DNA of 61,228 bases, filler included, from Thelocarpon superellum (lineage: Eukaryota), in the NCBI GenBank assembly GCA_026025795.1. It is 5 parts of 5 records of this genome, joined end to end, with 100 filler letters (N's around TTAATTAATTAA, not from the genome) between each part and the next. Parts side by side here need not be neighbours in the genome. Positions count along the whole stretch, not along the records: positions 24,854 to 36,944 come from JAPEUG010000491.1; 4 more parts are not named here. The stretch is one strand, 5' to 3'. Shown here one piece after another: positions 25,662 to 37,044 of this stretch. The notes beneath the pieces were generated by a model. It did no database searches and was not told the DNA's origin. It saw only the letters and a list, made by a program, of their open reading frames with translations. Position numbers and translations under genes: made by a program. How positions within the stretch are numbered: position 1 is the stretch's first letter; the number at the start of each line of letters is the position of its first letter.

Positions 25662-26542
25662 ATGATTCAATTCTACCTGCTATCGCTTCTTGGCCTGCAT
25701 GTTTCGACCTGCTTGGCCCAGGGGGCGCAGTCAGTGCCATGGGTAGGTGTCACGTCCGGGGGTCGCCAGCTTCGATAAGATGCTAATTGATGTGACAGCA
25801 CGAGCTGATCTGCAACCCAAGAGTCACGCCTCTGCTCGGCCTCCAATTCCCAAGCTATTTGATGGATGATCCCGACGCCTCGGGAATCCGGTCACTCTGT
25901 CTAAAGCTCCAGTGCAATTGTATGAACGTACCGCCAACCGCAATGGAGACGAACGGAACCGATCCCACGTGTGATCCTATAGTACCAAAAACTCCAGGCC
26001 AGTCCGCGGCAGCGCAAGCGGAAGATAAGCGCCGACTCACCGACCTGATTCAATTCTGTCAAATGGAATGCCAATGTTATCCGGAGGGGCAGAAGACGCA
26101 GGAAAAGCAAGGCAACCCACAGGCAGAGGGCCTCGATCAATGGGGGTTCCCCAAAGTCCCGGATAACCAGGTCTGGGGCACAAGACCCCAGCCCGATCAG
26201 GTGGCACAGCCAAATCCAGCCGCCCAGCCTGATCAATCCAGCGGCGAAGAAAGTAGCGGCGGGGGAAGCAGCTCCAGCTCTGCGACTTCGACCTCGGACC
26301 AGGGAGAGTGTGTGCCGTGCAATCCTCGAGAGTACAGGTGTCCCAACACCCGACTGCGGCCACATGCCCACGAGCGCCGACCCGTCCGCCCACATCACCG
26401 GCCAGTCAACCCGCCACCCGTCCAGCCGCAACCTGCCCGAGCACCACCTGCCCGTCAACGCGTACATGTACGCCCTCAACGCCTTCCTTTTTGCCCCTCG
26501 AGGTTCGCTGGTGCGGCAATAGGCTCTAGAATCGGACCCTAG
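25662..26542 (+). CDS. Secreted cysteine-rich orphan protein; exons 25662-25742, 25799-26542 (3' end uncertain)
   Basis: Signal peptide MIQFYLLSLLGLHVSTCLA; GTAGGT..GCTAAT..CAG intron in phase; eight clustered Cys followed by a Q/P/S-rich linker. Confidence 0.7.
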
Positions 26543-27058
26543 CGGCTTTGTACGCGCGTCAACGCTGCCCGCTTCCTCGACATCCACCCCGTCCTCGCCA
26601 TCAACTTCAGTTTCATCTCTGTTATTCGCCAACGTCATCGTTATCCTTGCCGCATTGGGAGGAGATGGAGGAGCATCTGCCGAAGGAGAGCAGTCAGCCT
26701 CCACGCGAACCTTACAGCTCCACCTCCGCGTGACCTCAGCATCGCCATCGCACGAGTGCGAGCCGCAGTCCCCAGTGGTGGGTGGCGGGGACTGATGCCC
26801 GATCACGGCCGTTCTATCCGTCCACGTGATTTATATCTGTTCAGTTTTTCAAGTTGGGCACTGAAGGTCCATCATTGAATCTTTTGTCCAATGCCTGTAA
26901 TCGTGCAATGGTCTCGGGGGGGAGGGGGGTCCCACTGTACACTAACGCCACATCCATGTCCCCATGGCCACGCCGATACCTAGCCGCTCTCACTCCCGAA
27001 ATCCAACACGCAGCTCAGCGCACGCCATATCCACACTTTTACAAGCAGCAATCAAGAA

Positions 27059-29302
27059 CTAGCAAAAGCCTTCACTCCCGTAGTCCTTTTCAATCTCGTC
27101 GTCGTCCACCGCGCCCACAAACGCGCGTTTCAAGAAGGTATGCCATGCCTCGTTGCATTTGCGCTTCTCATGTTTGCCGCGCGTTCGAAGACGCCGTTCG
27201 CTCGCCGTGGCCATGGTATCATTCCCCCCCGTCGCGTTCGCGGTCCCGCTCAGCGTCTGTTCGCCGGACGAGCCAATGCGTCGTGCCAAGCTCAGGTAGC
27301 TGTTCACTGTCAGGTCTGCGAGTTGGTAGACGGTATCGTTGATGGTGCTGTATTCGACTTGGTATTCCAATGGCTTGGGGTGAGCCTTGGCGAGTGGGCC
27401 GAGCGGTGGACGCCCTTGCTTCTTCCCCTCCTGCCATCGCTCGTCCTGGAGGTTGAGCTTCACGTTCGAGGAACCTGGAGCTGTCGCACCCAGCGTCAAG
27501 TCGTGGTTCAGGTAGGTTAAATTGGCGTAATACTGCGTATACCCGGTGAGGGTCAGACTCTGTGGCGAATACGCAGGTCCTGGGGGTGCAGAAGAGGACG
27601 GAGGGCTCGGAACAATGAGCTTGTTCTTCTTCTTCTTTTTTTTCTTCTTCTTGTCACCAGTCGTTTGTCGTTTACGTCGAGATGTCGTCCACGGCGATTC
27701 GGGATCGAAGGAGCCCTCATCCGCAAGACCGAGAATCTTGTCCATGTCGGCTGGCGCCTGAATCACCAACGACGGGTCCAGTTCAACCTCCTCAAGACCC
27801 GTGATGTTGTATTCGAACACACGCAGGGTAGGAAAGAAGTCGGGGATGATGCTTGGTGAGACGTGCACGACATCATATCGCTCCCCCCATGGCCCACCGA
27901 TATCTTCCAGGTATTTGTCTTTCTTACCTTTGCGCTTCTTCTTCTTCTTCTTCTTTTTCTTTTTCTTCTCCACGTCGATATCACCGTATTGCGGCACTTC
28001 ATCCTCGCCATCTTCGCCAGTCTCTTCACCTTCATTCTCACTGACGCTCTCGTTGTCACTGGCTGATGGAGGGACGGGTATCTTTGCCCAGCCCCGTCGT
28101 AGGTCCGTCAAATATCTAGCGGTCGATCTGGTGGCCAAGTCGCCCCCCGACATGGCTCTCCCTCCCTTGTCAGCCGTGGCAGTGATGTCAATCTCGTTGT
28201 GGTCTTGCAGCATGAAATGATCGACGTTCATGTGGCCGTACACGGCACCGCTGATGACATCCCGGTATTGCTGTTGCCAGAGCGCGTACTTCTGCCAGCA
28301 CGTCTCGTCCCAGCTTTGCTTGCTCTCGGTCCGGGATGGAGGCACATGCCCGGTTAAGATAGCCTTCATGCCTCGATCTCGGAGAAATTGCAGCTGGATG
28401 CGGAGCCACTCCATGTGCAGATATCCCGGTTCCGACGGGTCGTCGCACCCATCGACCGCTGCGTTCTTGGTATAGAAATACCTGCATCATCTTCTTAGCC
28501 AACACGGACGCTCGTCGGCAACGCCCAGTGGGTTCCTCACATCGTGTTAAGACTGAATACCGCCAAGCGATTGGGGATGACCTCGACAAAGAACCAGCCT
28601 CCGCGCTCGAAACCATGCCGCTGCTCTTCAGGGATGAAATCTCGCCAGAGATTCGCGAAGCTTTTGGTCCAGAAGCTTGGGCCTCCTTCCATCACATTGT
28701 GAGGCATGATGTCGTTGTTGCCGATACTCGGGATGATGGGCACCTGTAGGGCATTGCCCGGATCCGTGTCATTGACTCGGTCGCCCTTGCCAAAGACGTC
28801 GAGCAGTTTCTGGACAAAATAGCCGTTCAAGTCGAGAATCTCCTTTTGGGTCCGCGGGATCTTCTCGTCACTGTCGTGGCGCGTCGCGTCTCCAGTAAAG
28901 ATGACAAAGTCCACCTCGTCCTTGAGATTTTGGTCGATCCATTGAAAGGTCCCGTTGATGAGCGAGAAGGGACTGTCGCAGCTCGAGGTTTCGGCGCCGT
29001 AGAATCCCGCCGAGCCAGATCCACGGTGACAGGCATCCTGACTCTTTGTCGAGGAATAGAGCTGGTAGTGACTGTCGGGATGCGGGTCTGCTCATATTAG
29101 GAGCTGCATTCCGGCAACGGCCAATGCGGGACTGACCTGTGATGTGCAGAAATTTGCCCTTCAATGCACGCTTCGACGCCGCGGGCCCTCTGTTCTGGGC
29201 CTCTGGAGAAGCGACGGGGCCCAGGAGCTGCTGCGCCTGTCCCTGCGCCAAGGTGTAGGATAGCAGAAAGGCCGACAACGACCATGAAACCAAGAGATGC
29301 AT
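27059..29302 (-). CDS. PPN1: Endopolyphosphatase (metallophosphoesterase); exons 29302-29137, 29087-28541, 28481-27059
   Basis: GKFLHITDPHPD, CDSP--L, TGD--RHD, IGNND, GHVPP, GHMNVDHF, SPSIIP-FFPTLRVFEYN, YTQYYANLT. Confidence 0.93.
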
Positions 29303-30065
29303 GACGCCTGTGGAGGGACCGCCACTGCCGTCGGTGGCCAGACTTCAAGAGCCGAACCACGGCTGAACGCGTGATATACGCCCCGTCTTCAAGAGACGGG
29401 CGCTCTCGTCGACTCCACGGCCCCGGACCCCCGACTCGACCCCTGCCACGCGCCCCAAAATTGACGAAATGTCGAGTGGTGAGACCAGAGCTCGGTTAGC
29501 GAGCGGTAGAGCAAGCACTGGCGACGGACCGTGGAACGGCCCTTAGCCGTGTCGAACCAGCACAATACGTCGTACATCATCGAGCAGCGAGCTCGACGGG
29601 CACGGCGACCACGATTGCTGTTGCAGAGAAATCCACTCAACATATCCTGCTGCCTGTCGAGCAGTGCCGACAAATGAACTTCACTTCCTTTGCATCTGCC
29701 GAAATGCTCCGAGCAAAGCCGCTGTGGAGTTGTAGGCGCTCCTCGTCACTAACGAAAACGGGCAGCCAATAGAGCTGATTGCCATGTACACGTGCGAGGT
29801 GCCCCGTGAGTCGCGTCAGCTGCCGAACTGATGGGGCAAGCAAAGCCAGGCACAACTTAACGATACCCATGCGGACTGCCATAACTGCGGGAAGAAGGTG
29901 GTCCCTACATTTTAGCTTGGAGTACGGCATCTCCTTGACTCCTGCATTTGCGGGACAGGAAGGCGACGTGATTCTCCGCCGCCCTCTGTGCTCTGCCACC
30001 TACCGCGGGGTCGGAGGAGGATAGCAGCGCCTACTAAGGGCCGGGTGCCTGGGCTTCCATCGAAC

Positions 30066-30072
30066 AAAAAAA
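30066..30072 (-). terminator. RNA polymerase III terminator (T7) of tRNA-Ser
   Basis: A7 on the plus strand, 3 nt after the tRNA 3' end. Confidence 0.85.
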
Positions 30073-30075
30073 TCG

Positions 30076-30156
30076 CGATGTTGCGAGGATTCGAACCTCG
30101 GCCCCCGAAAGGATATGATTTCTAGTCATACGCAATAACCACTCTGCCACAACATC
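30076..30156 (-). tRNA. tRNA-Ser(AGA), intronless, 81 nt
   Basis: Acceptor stem GATGTTG/CAACATC + G discriminator; A-box TGGCAGAGTGG; anticodon stem TATGA/TCATA with loop CT-AGA-AA; long variable arm; T arm CGAGG-TTCGAAT-CCTCG. Confidence 0.96.
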
Positions 30157-30294
30157 AACTGCGATACGGTGGTCGCCTTATTACAATATACAAACGTAGT
30201 TGTCATGTTTTGTCACTCCGCATTGATACGACCCGGGCCATTCCACAGCTCATCCTCGACGTAGACGCTTCATTGTTCCATCTTATACCTAATT

Positions 30295-31261
30295 ATGGAA
30301 CAGAATAAGAGCGTGTCGATCCTCCGAGCTGCTGAAGCAGGCAAATATGGCATTCCGGCCGTGTGCTGTGTGCGTGCGGCCGTGTCAGTCGAAGATGTAG
30401 CTGACTGGACGTATTAGTACAATCTCGAGGCCATCCTCGCCGTGGTGCGGGCGGCTGAGAATAAGAAGTCGCCGGCCATGATCCTCTTGTTCCCCTGGGC
30501 CTTACAGTATGCCTCATCGCTTCTGGTCAACCTCGCAGCGGATGCGTGTCGGAGCAGCACCGTACCCGTTTCCTTGCACTTGGACCACGCACAAGATGAG
30601 GCTACCATCAGACAGGCGGCTTTGCTCCCTTTCGACTCCATCATGGTCGATATGTCGCATTACGAAAAGGCCGACAACCTGGCGCGCACCAAGGCTCTCG
30701 TGCGCTTGTGCCACGAACGGGGCATCGCCTGTGAGGCCGAGCCGGGGCGCATCGAGGGCGGCGAGGACGGCGTCAAAGACACGGCGGATCTAGAGGGCAT
30801 GCTGACCACGCCCGAGGAGGCCCTGCAGTTTGTCGATACTGGCATTGACTTTCTTGCGCCGGCCTTCGGAAACGTGCATGGTCTGTATGGACCTCGAGGT
30901 ATTCACCTCGAATATGAGCGGTAAGTATCAAGGTGTGCTTGCGAGCTCCCGCCATCGTGGCATGGGCTCATTGGGATGGGCCAGGCTGGATGCGATTCAC
31001 CGCACCGTTGAGCAGAAGAAGGTACACCTAGTTCTCCACGGGACTGATGGCTTCGACGAAACGATTACGAGGCGCTGTATTAGCCATGGCATCACCAAGA
31101 TCAACATCAATAGTATCGTCCGCGAGAAGTACGCCGAGGTAGTTGGGGCTAGGATTGGCTCGTCGCCGCTCACGCACGTCATGGAAGAAGCGACCAGAGC
31201 GATGCAGGAAGTGGTCGAAGAGCAGATGGATATCTGCATGTCCACTGGAAAAGCTTCATAA
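30295..31261 (+). CDS. Class II ketose-bisphosphate aldolase-family protein; exons 30295-30369, 30418-30920, 30985-31261
   Basis: YNLE, RAAE--SP, HLDH, FDSIMVDMS, EAEPGRIEGGED, APAFGNVHG-Y, LVLHG, ITKININ. Confidence 0.9.
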
Positions 31262-31394
31262 ATACACACACGTGGGAAAATATAGACATTCGAATGGCCA
31301 AACATGATCAAGCGTGCCACAGTACGACAATCTACCACCGACGCCACGAGAAGTTATGTGCTGGAAAAGGATGTAAATCCACAGCTTTCACGCA

Positions 31395-32365
31395 TTACAG
31401 TGCAAGAAACGCTGCACACATTGCCAGTCCTAAAACGATCCAACCGCTGCCCATGTGTTGCGTCTGATCTCCTCCACTGGAGAACGGACTCCCAGAATTG
31501 GCGGTGGAGACCGGGGTACTGGAGCTGGGACTGGGGCTACCCTGGCTGTTGGCGTCTGTACTGGCCGCCGTCGAGGAGGGTGCGGAAGACGCGGTATCCG
31601 TGGCGCCACTCGCCGTCGTGCTAGTCGAGACGTCCGAGGAAGTATCTGAGGTGGAACCTGACGTCATGGTCGAGCTGCTCGAATCAACCTCACTTCCAGT
31701 TGGAGATGCTGAGAGACCGATGGGCGACGAGGTGGGACTGCCGCCGAAAGTGATCCCTCCAATGTTGATCGCACCATTCGCCTCGGTCCGAAGGCTGAAC
31801 GCACCAGATGCGGCGGTTGTGGGAATCAGGCCGGTGCTCAGCATGCCGGTGCTGGTGACAAAGCCAGACGCCGCACTGGACACACTCACGGGAATCGCCT
31901 CGACGAAGGTCGTCCCGGCGCTGGCGAAGACCGACGTGACCGTCGTGGGTACCGTATACGTCGGCGAGTATGGCGCGGTCGTTGGATTTTCGGCGTTGGC
32001 GATCGCAGCGGACCCGATGGGTTCTCCCGCCAAACTACAGCCCAGTTGCAGCGGGCCAAGTAATTCGTTGGTGTTGAGACCATTGTCGCAGTTGGCGCGA
32101 ATGCAGGTGATGACGTTGGGCAGATAGTTGCCATTAGACAGCCGGCAGATACCTGAAGACGCACACGTCAGTATCGACAGCGTTTCGTCCACCGTGCGTC
32201 ACGCATACATTGAATATCTACGCCGTTGCAAGTAAAATCTCCGGACTGCGTGATGCAATTTTGGTAGCAGGGAGGTATGCCAGCCAGAACTTGGCCAGAT
32301 ACGCTCGGAGCCAGCAAGCTCAGAGCGAGAAGTGCTCGGTGGCAAGACGATGGAAATGGGCGCAT
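31395..32365 (-). CDS. CFEM-domain, S/T-rich, probably GPI-anchored cell-surface protein; exons 32365-32209, 32152-31395
   Basis: Signal peptide; IPPCYQNC..FTC--VDIQCICR...TCIRANC Cys spacing; S/T-rich stalk; hydrophobic C-terminus. Confidence 0.85.
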
Positions 32366-33882
32366 GGTGAATCAACAGCGATCATGTAGTGGCATAGGAC
32401 TTCGATGAAATGTCCACGGCTGCTTGGAAGCAGAATGTAGAGCGGGAGGGTCAAACATGAAGTTTGGTTTCGAGTGCCGCGGGCGGCGGGCGTCGGGAGT
32501 ATTTCCACGCCATGGCTCTGACCCTCGATGACCTGCAGATCAGAAACATAACCTGATCCTCCTCGACCCATGTCAGCTCCCCGCTCATCACGCCCAACAG
32601 TGGGTGGCGACATTACCACGGCGAAAGCAGCGGGGCGGATAACACAGACGTCACCGTGGGCCAATGAGGCGGCGTTTCAAGCTCCCGATGAGCTAAGCCG
32701 CGAGGCTTCCTTGTTTCGCTTGGGCCACTTGCCGTGTCGATCCCTCTGATGCCTTCATCTACGCCCGCACAAGTAGCGAGATTGCAGGCTTCGCACGCAG
32801 CTAGCATTCGGCGTCTTCTCTTCGGGCTTCCTTCCGGCTCTGTCTGGAGACTAGGTCAAGTGACTGCCGGGGATGGATGAGCCTGTCACGACGGGACTTT
32901 GCTCGCTTTCCGCCAATCACCGATGACTACTGTACGAACTTGTGCATGAGTTCCGACCGTCGCTTGTAGAGAGGGATCAAATCCGGGAGTTCATGCTCTC
33001 GACCCCCATCGGTCCAACCATTGGTTGGCGAGAGCAGTGGACAGGGTCTCACGGATAGTACAGATCTGATCACCGGATCTACTCCCAGATGGATTTGTTC
33101 CTAAGTAATATTCTCTTTCACGGGATGCTGACGGGTCATTGTACTACCTCCCCAATAGCCAAATCGAAGGTCCCCACCCAACATCTAACAATCTCCACAA
33201 ATGACTTCCCCTGGGACATTGGCTGCCAACGAGACGTCTCCGAAATAGTCTCAAGTGATCATTTTTCAAACGTGAGCAATGAGCTCGATTTCACGTCTAA
33301 GTCAGCGGTCACGGATTCTGCGAGCATTGTACGTAGCCGGGTAACCCCCACGGTCTCTCGGCTACCGGAAAAAAAACTACAAGTAGCCGCGGCACCTCGC
33401 CCTCCTCTTTTCCTCGCCATCATCAGTAGAGGCTATGTCTATCTAGACATATAACCTTTAATAGGAGCTCCGCTACGGCGGCTTGCTGAGGGTCATTCGA
33501 GCTATTGCTTCAGATGGGTTTCCTTCCGTTCCCGGCTCCTTTGATCATGGTTGCGCTCGTCTTTTCCTTTCAGTCACGTTCAGTCTGTGTTCCAGATGGA
33601 CCGGGGCTGTGGGATGGCCGCTACATTGTGTTCGCTTTAGCTTTTCTAGCCCGTGGTCGTGAGACGCAGATATCTGAACCCAAGAGCGTATGGAAGGATC
33701 TGCGGCGAGGGAGAATCGCGGTGTTGGAGGATCGCGGTGTGGGCAAGTCCTCGAATCTTGACTCTTGGTAGGATCACGAGTTTTGCGCTGCTTGCAGCGT
33801 CAATGTCTAAAATCCATGTACTCATTCCATTGCGTCTTGAATCTACTCGTCCCACGGTATAGGCAGGTACATCATATGCAAT

Positions 33883-34711
33883 CTAGTAGAGACGCTTCGG
33901 CGGCGACATAGACGCCTTGATGGTAAGGCTGCCTACGTTTTGCCATCCCTTCTTCAACAGCGAGACCAAGTAGTTGATGGCCAGCATAATGTTGCTGATG
34001 AGGAAATCTTCACTCATGCCCACGTTGCCGACGGCGACACCCAAGCAGAGCACCTTCTTGAGCTGGAATTTGATGGTCGACTTGACTTCCGTGATTTTGC
34101 TGCCGAGATCTTCGTTGTGCGAGATGGGGGTTGGAAATTTGCCAGCTACCGTGCCGTCAGCCAACGCAGTGGCAGGTAAGGGTCATACCCAGGCTTACCT
34201 TTCGACAGACCCGGTCCCAGAAGTCGAGGAATCTGTTTGATGAGGGTGTCAGAGGCCACAAAGGCATCGTATTTGCGAGCCAGCTTCTTGATGAGCTTCT
34301 TGTTCTTGTTGAGCTTCTTCAGATCGTCCGACGACATGGCATCCACACCGTGGTGCTTGGCGCGGTCGATATCGTGCTGGTCACCGAGAACGCTACATGA
34401 ACCGGAATCAGTGGAGGGCGGGGGCATCTTCGATCGGGTCCCTTACCAGACGCTCATGCCCGGTCGCGGCACTTGAGGAAGCTTGACCGTGCCCGAAAAC
34501 CGCTTGTCGCGCTGAGGATCATAGTTCTTTAAGCCAATCTGAAGCTCCACCGTTTCCAGGAAATTCCGCTTCTTCTCGTTTTGAGAGTAGTCCAAGAGCT
34601 CCTTGACGTTCGAACGCACTCCGGCTAAGTAGAGCAGCCCCGTCAGTCACATCCTTTGTTGATCATGTCGCATCGCATGCGAGAGAGCCTACCGACTGTG
34701 ATCTTCGACAT
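33883..34711 (-). CDS. RPL1: 60S ribosomal protein uL1 (L1/L10a); exons 34711-34693, 34624-34447, 34392-34199, 34145-33883
   Basis: [69 protein letters not shown]. Confidence 0.97.
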
Positions 34712-35581
34712 GGCGACGACAGTCTTCCAGAAGAATAGGAATTCTTTTGGTGAGGAATTGCGTGATGTTGGAGATGCCGGATTAGATTTCCGAAGGTTTG
34801 TGAACCAAGTGCGTTTGGGCTGCGAGCCCTACGTGGGTCACGTGGTCTTATGGCCGAAGGTCAGCCTGTGTGCTTACTAACCTAGTCCAGTCCCCTAGCT
34901 CCTTCTCACTGCCGGCCCTGTGGTCACGAGACTGGTCCCGACCGGCCGTTTGATACATGTCTATAAACTCTTTACAGCATTGCAGATGGCCAAAAGGAAG
35001 CCAAGGAGTCTTAGCCAGAAACTGTTCTGGCTAAATCACAAAGCAGAGGGGTATCAGAATAGTTTCGTCAGGTTGCGTGGTAAAACCGACCAAGCGATAT
35101 TCAGTGCAAAATGCGGCCTGCGTGGCATTTCTCACCAAATAAAAATCGCGAAAACCGCAAGATCGCCGCTAGTGCGTTTGACGCTAGCCAACCCTAGTGG
35201 ACACCCCATCCCCAAGCCCAAAGGCATTGCGAGGTGTGGGCAAACATGGGGACGGATGCCTGTCATAGCCCGCTGGGTGTGATGCTAGACCAATCTGGAC
35301 CTCATGATGAAATGACATAGCCCTACATCCGCATTGTTGATGCCAAGTTGAGATGCCTGCGCATTTACACTGTGAATGTCGCGCCTTCTGAGAAAGCATG
35401 GTTCTTGCTCAGCTAAAATGCCTGCGCTTCGACTCTGTCAGTGCCACGTCTATATGAACAGCCTACATCCCATTTGCTACAGAGATGATAAGATACAGCT
35501 CGTCGGACCCCTTAACAAGCACTTTTTTCTCGTATCGGCCCCAAAAGCAAAAGCACTATTCGCATTTATTCCCTTTCCGCG

Positions 35582-36386
35582 ATGCAATTGCCTCATCTCC
35601 TGGTCGTACTCGGCCTCCTTCACGCCTCACAGGCTGACCCTCCGGACATTCAACCGTGGATGGTTGCGAAAAAGCATGACTCGTGGCCTTCGCGCGATGC
35701 TGTCAGTTGCAACGCCGACCAAGTGGCGACACTGAACGGCTTCAAAGCCTACGCGCTGAAGAAGGTGGACCTCGCCCTGAAGGTGGATGGTGGCAGTGGG
35801 AACAACTCGACGGTAAAAGCGACGGGTCAATCTCTCTGGGATAGGTTGGTTTTATCCTGCTTGGCCCTGCGTAAATAGTATCAGAGTGACCAGATATAAC
35901 TGACCGGGTGCCTCCGCCCCCTCCTACAGCTACTTCGGTGGCCTCAACGCCACATACGTGAGAAGCAAGTACGTTACCATGCTCTCGTACGATCCTCTCG
36001 GGCCCATGTGTTACGCGAACTCGAGCCACTGTCTTTCCACCGAGACCCAGACCGACCGGTTCTACGTCAATGGGGCCTTCTGCCCTGCTTTCTTCACTAA
36101 CTACACGCTCGCTTCCTACCAGGACACCTGCGTGCTTCCATCCGAGCATGTCGAGTGGGGTCCTTGGTCAGGCGACCTGTATGTTTTGACCTTGCTGGCA
36201 GAGCGTGTTACATTTTTCGACTGGGGGATCCCGTCTTCAGATACTTTCGAGACGTACCAAGGTCAAAAAAGGGAAGCAGATAACCTGCTAGATGCCTTTG
36301 GCTTATGGGGCTATGCGCAGGAACTATATGGCCGGAAGTCGCTCAACTGCACGGGCGTGTCCCCCCCGACGATAAGGACCTTGTGA
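35582..36386 (+). CDS. Secreted protein, resembles M35/aspzincin metallopeptidase but lacks HExxH; exons 35582-35844, 35930-36386
   Basis: Signal peptide MQLPHLLVVLGLLHASQA; GTTGGT..ACTGAC..CAG intron in phase; SC---Q, YFG, CPAFF landmarks. Confidence 0.65.
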
Positions 36387-36552
36387 CAGGCCACACAGGC
36401 CAGATGGCCATACTTCCAGGGTGATGTAAGGTACTCAGATGTCAGTAGGCCAGGAAGATGGACGTGTGAAAGCAGGAACGGTGAGAACGTTAGGGCTAAG
36501 CTAGATAGAGAGAACGGATAAAGAGGTTAGAACGACTGGACTAAGCTGACTT

Positions 36553-36944
36553 TTATGTACTGATGTAGTAAAGTGTTGGCTGAAGAGCAACAACAGTTGC
36601 TTCTGTGCAGACTTTGCACAATATGTTCGTACAATTCTTTGATAGACCTGCGCGCCATAAGTCAAGTCTGCAATCAAATGTGTTGGTAACAATCGTTTCG
36701 GGCGCTTGCAGGCCTCCAGGCTGAGCAAGCTGCTGCGGCACGGCACTTTGAGGAAACGCGTCCCCTAGATCAATAAGTCGGATATCATCATCGTCTTCAT
36801 CGTCCTCATCATCGTCTTCATCATCGTCTTCATCATCGTCTTCATCATCGTCTTCATCATCGTCTTCATCATCGTCTTCATCATCGTCTTCATCATCGTC
36901 TTCATCATCGTCTTCATCATCGTCTTCATCATCGTCTTCATCAT
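36553..36944 (-). pseudogene. Fragment of SRPK-like protein kinase, apparently truncated after subdomain IX
   Basis: One open frame from the contig edge: (DDED)n-DIRLIDLGDAF...LAQPGGLQAPETI..FDCRLDLWRAG, then non-kinase sequence and a stop. Confidence 0.6.
36809..36944. repeat. (TCATCGTCTTCA)11+ tandem repeat running into the contig end
   Basis: Eleven perfect 12-mers plus a partial unit; degenerate units at 36785-36808. Confidence 0.95.
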
Positions 36945-37044
36945 NNNNNNNNNNNNNNNNNNNNNNNNNNNNNNNNNNNNNNNNNNNNTTAATTAATTAA
37001 NNNNNNNNNNNNNNNNNNNNNNNNNNNNNNNNNNNNNNNNNNNN
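36945..37044. other. Artificial contig spacer
   Basis: 44 N + TTAATTAATTAA + 44 N. Confidence 0.99.

Noticed and set aside
33089..33862. Short ORFs between the CFEM gene and RPL1
   Set aside because: No motifs or splice-supported model; consistent with promoter and 3' UTR sequence
34644..34651. CAGTCACA (Homol-D-like ribosomal protein promoter box)
   Set aside because: Lies inside RPL1 intron 1 and overlaps the branch-point sequence, which explains it
36809..36944. Tandem repeat as a CRISPR array
   Set aside because: No spacers, 12-bp unit, eukaryotic context, no cas genes
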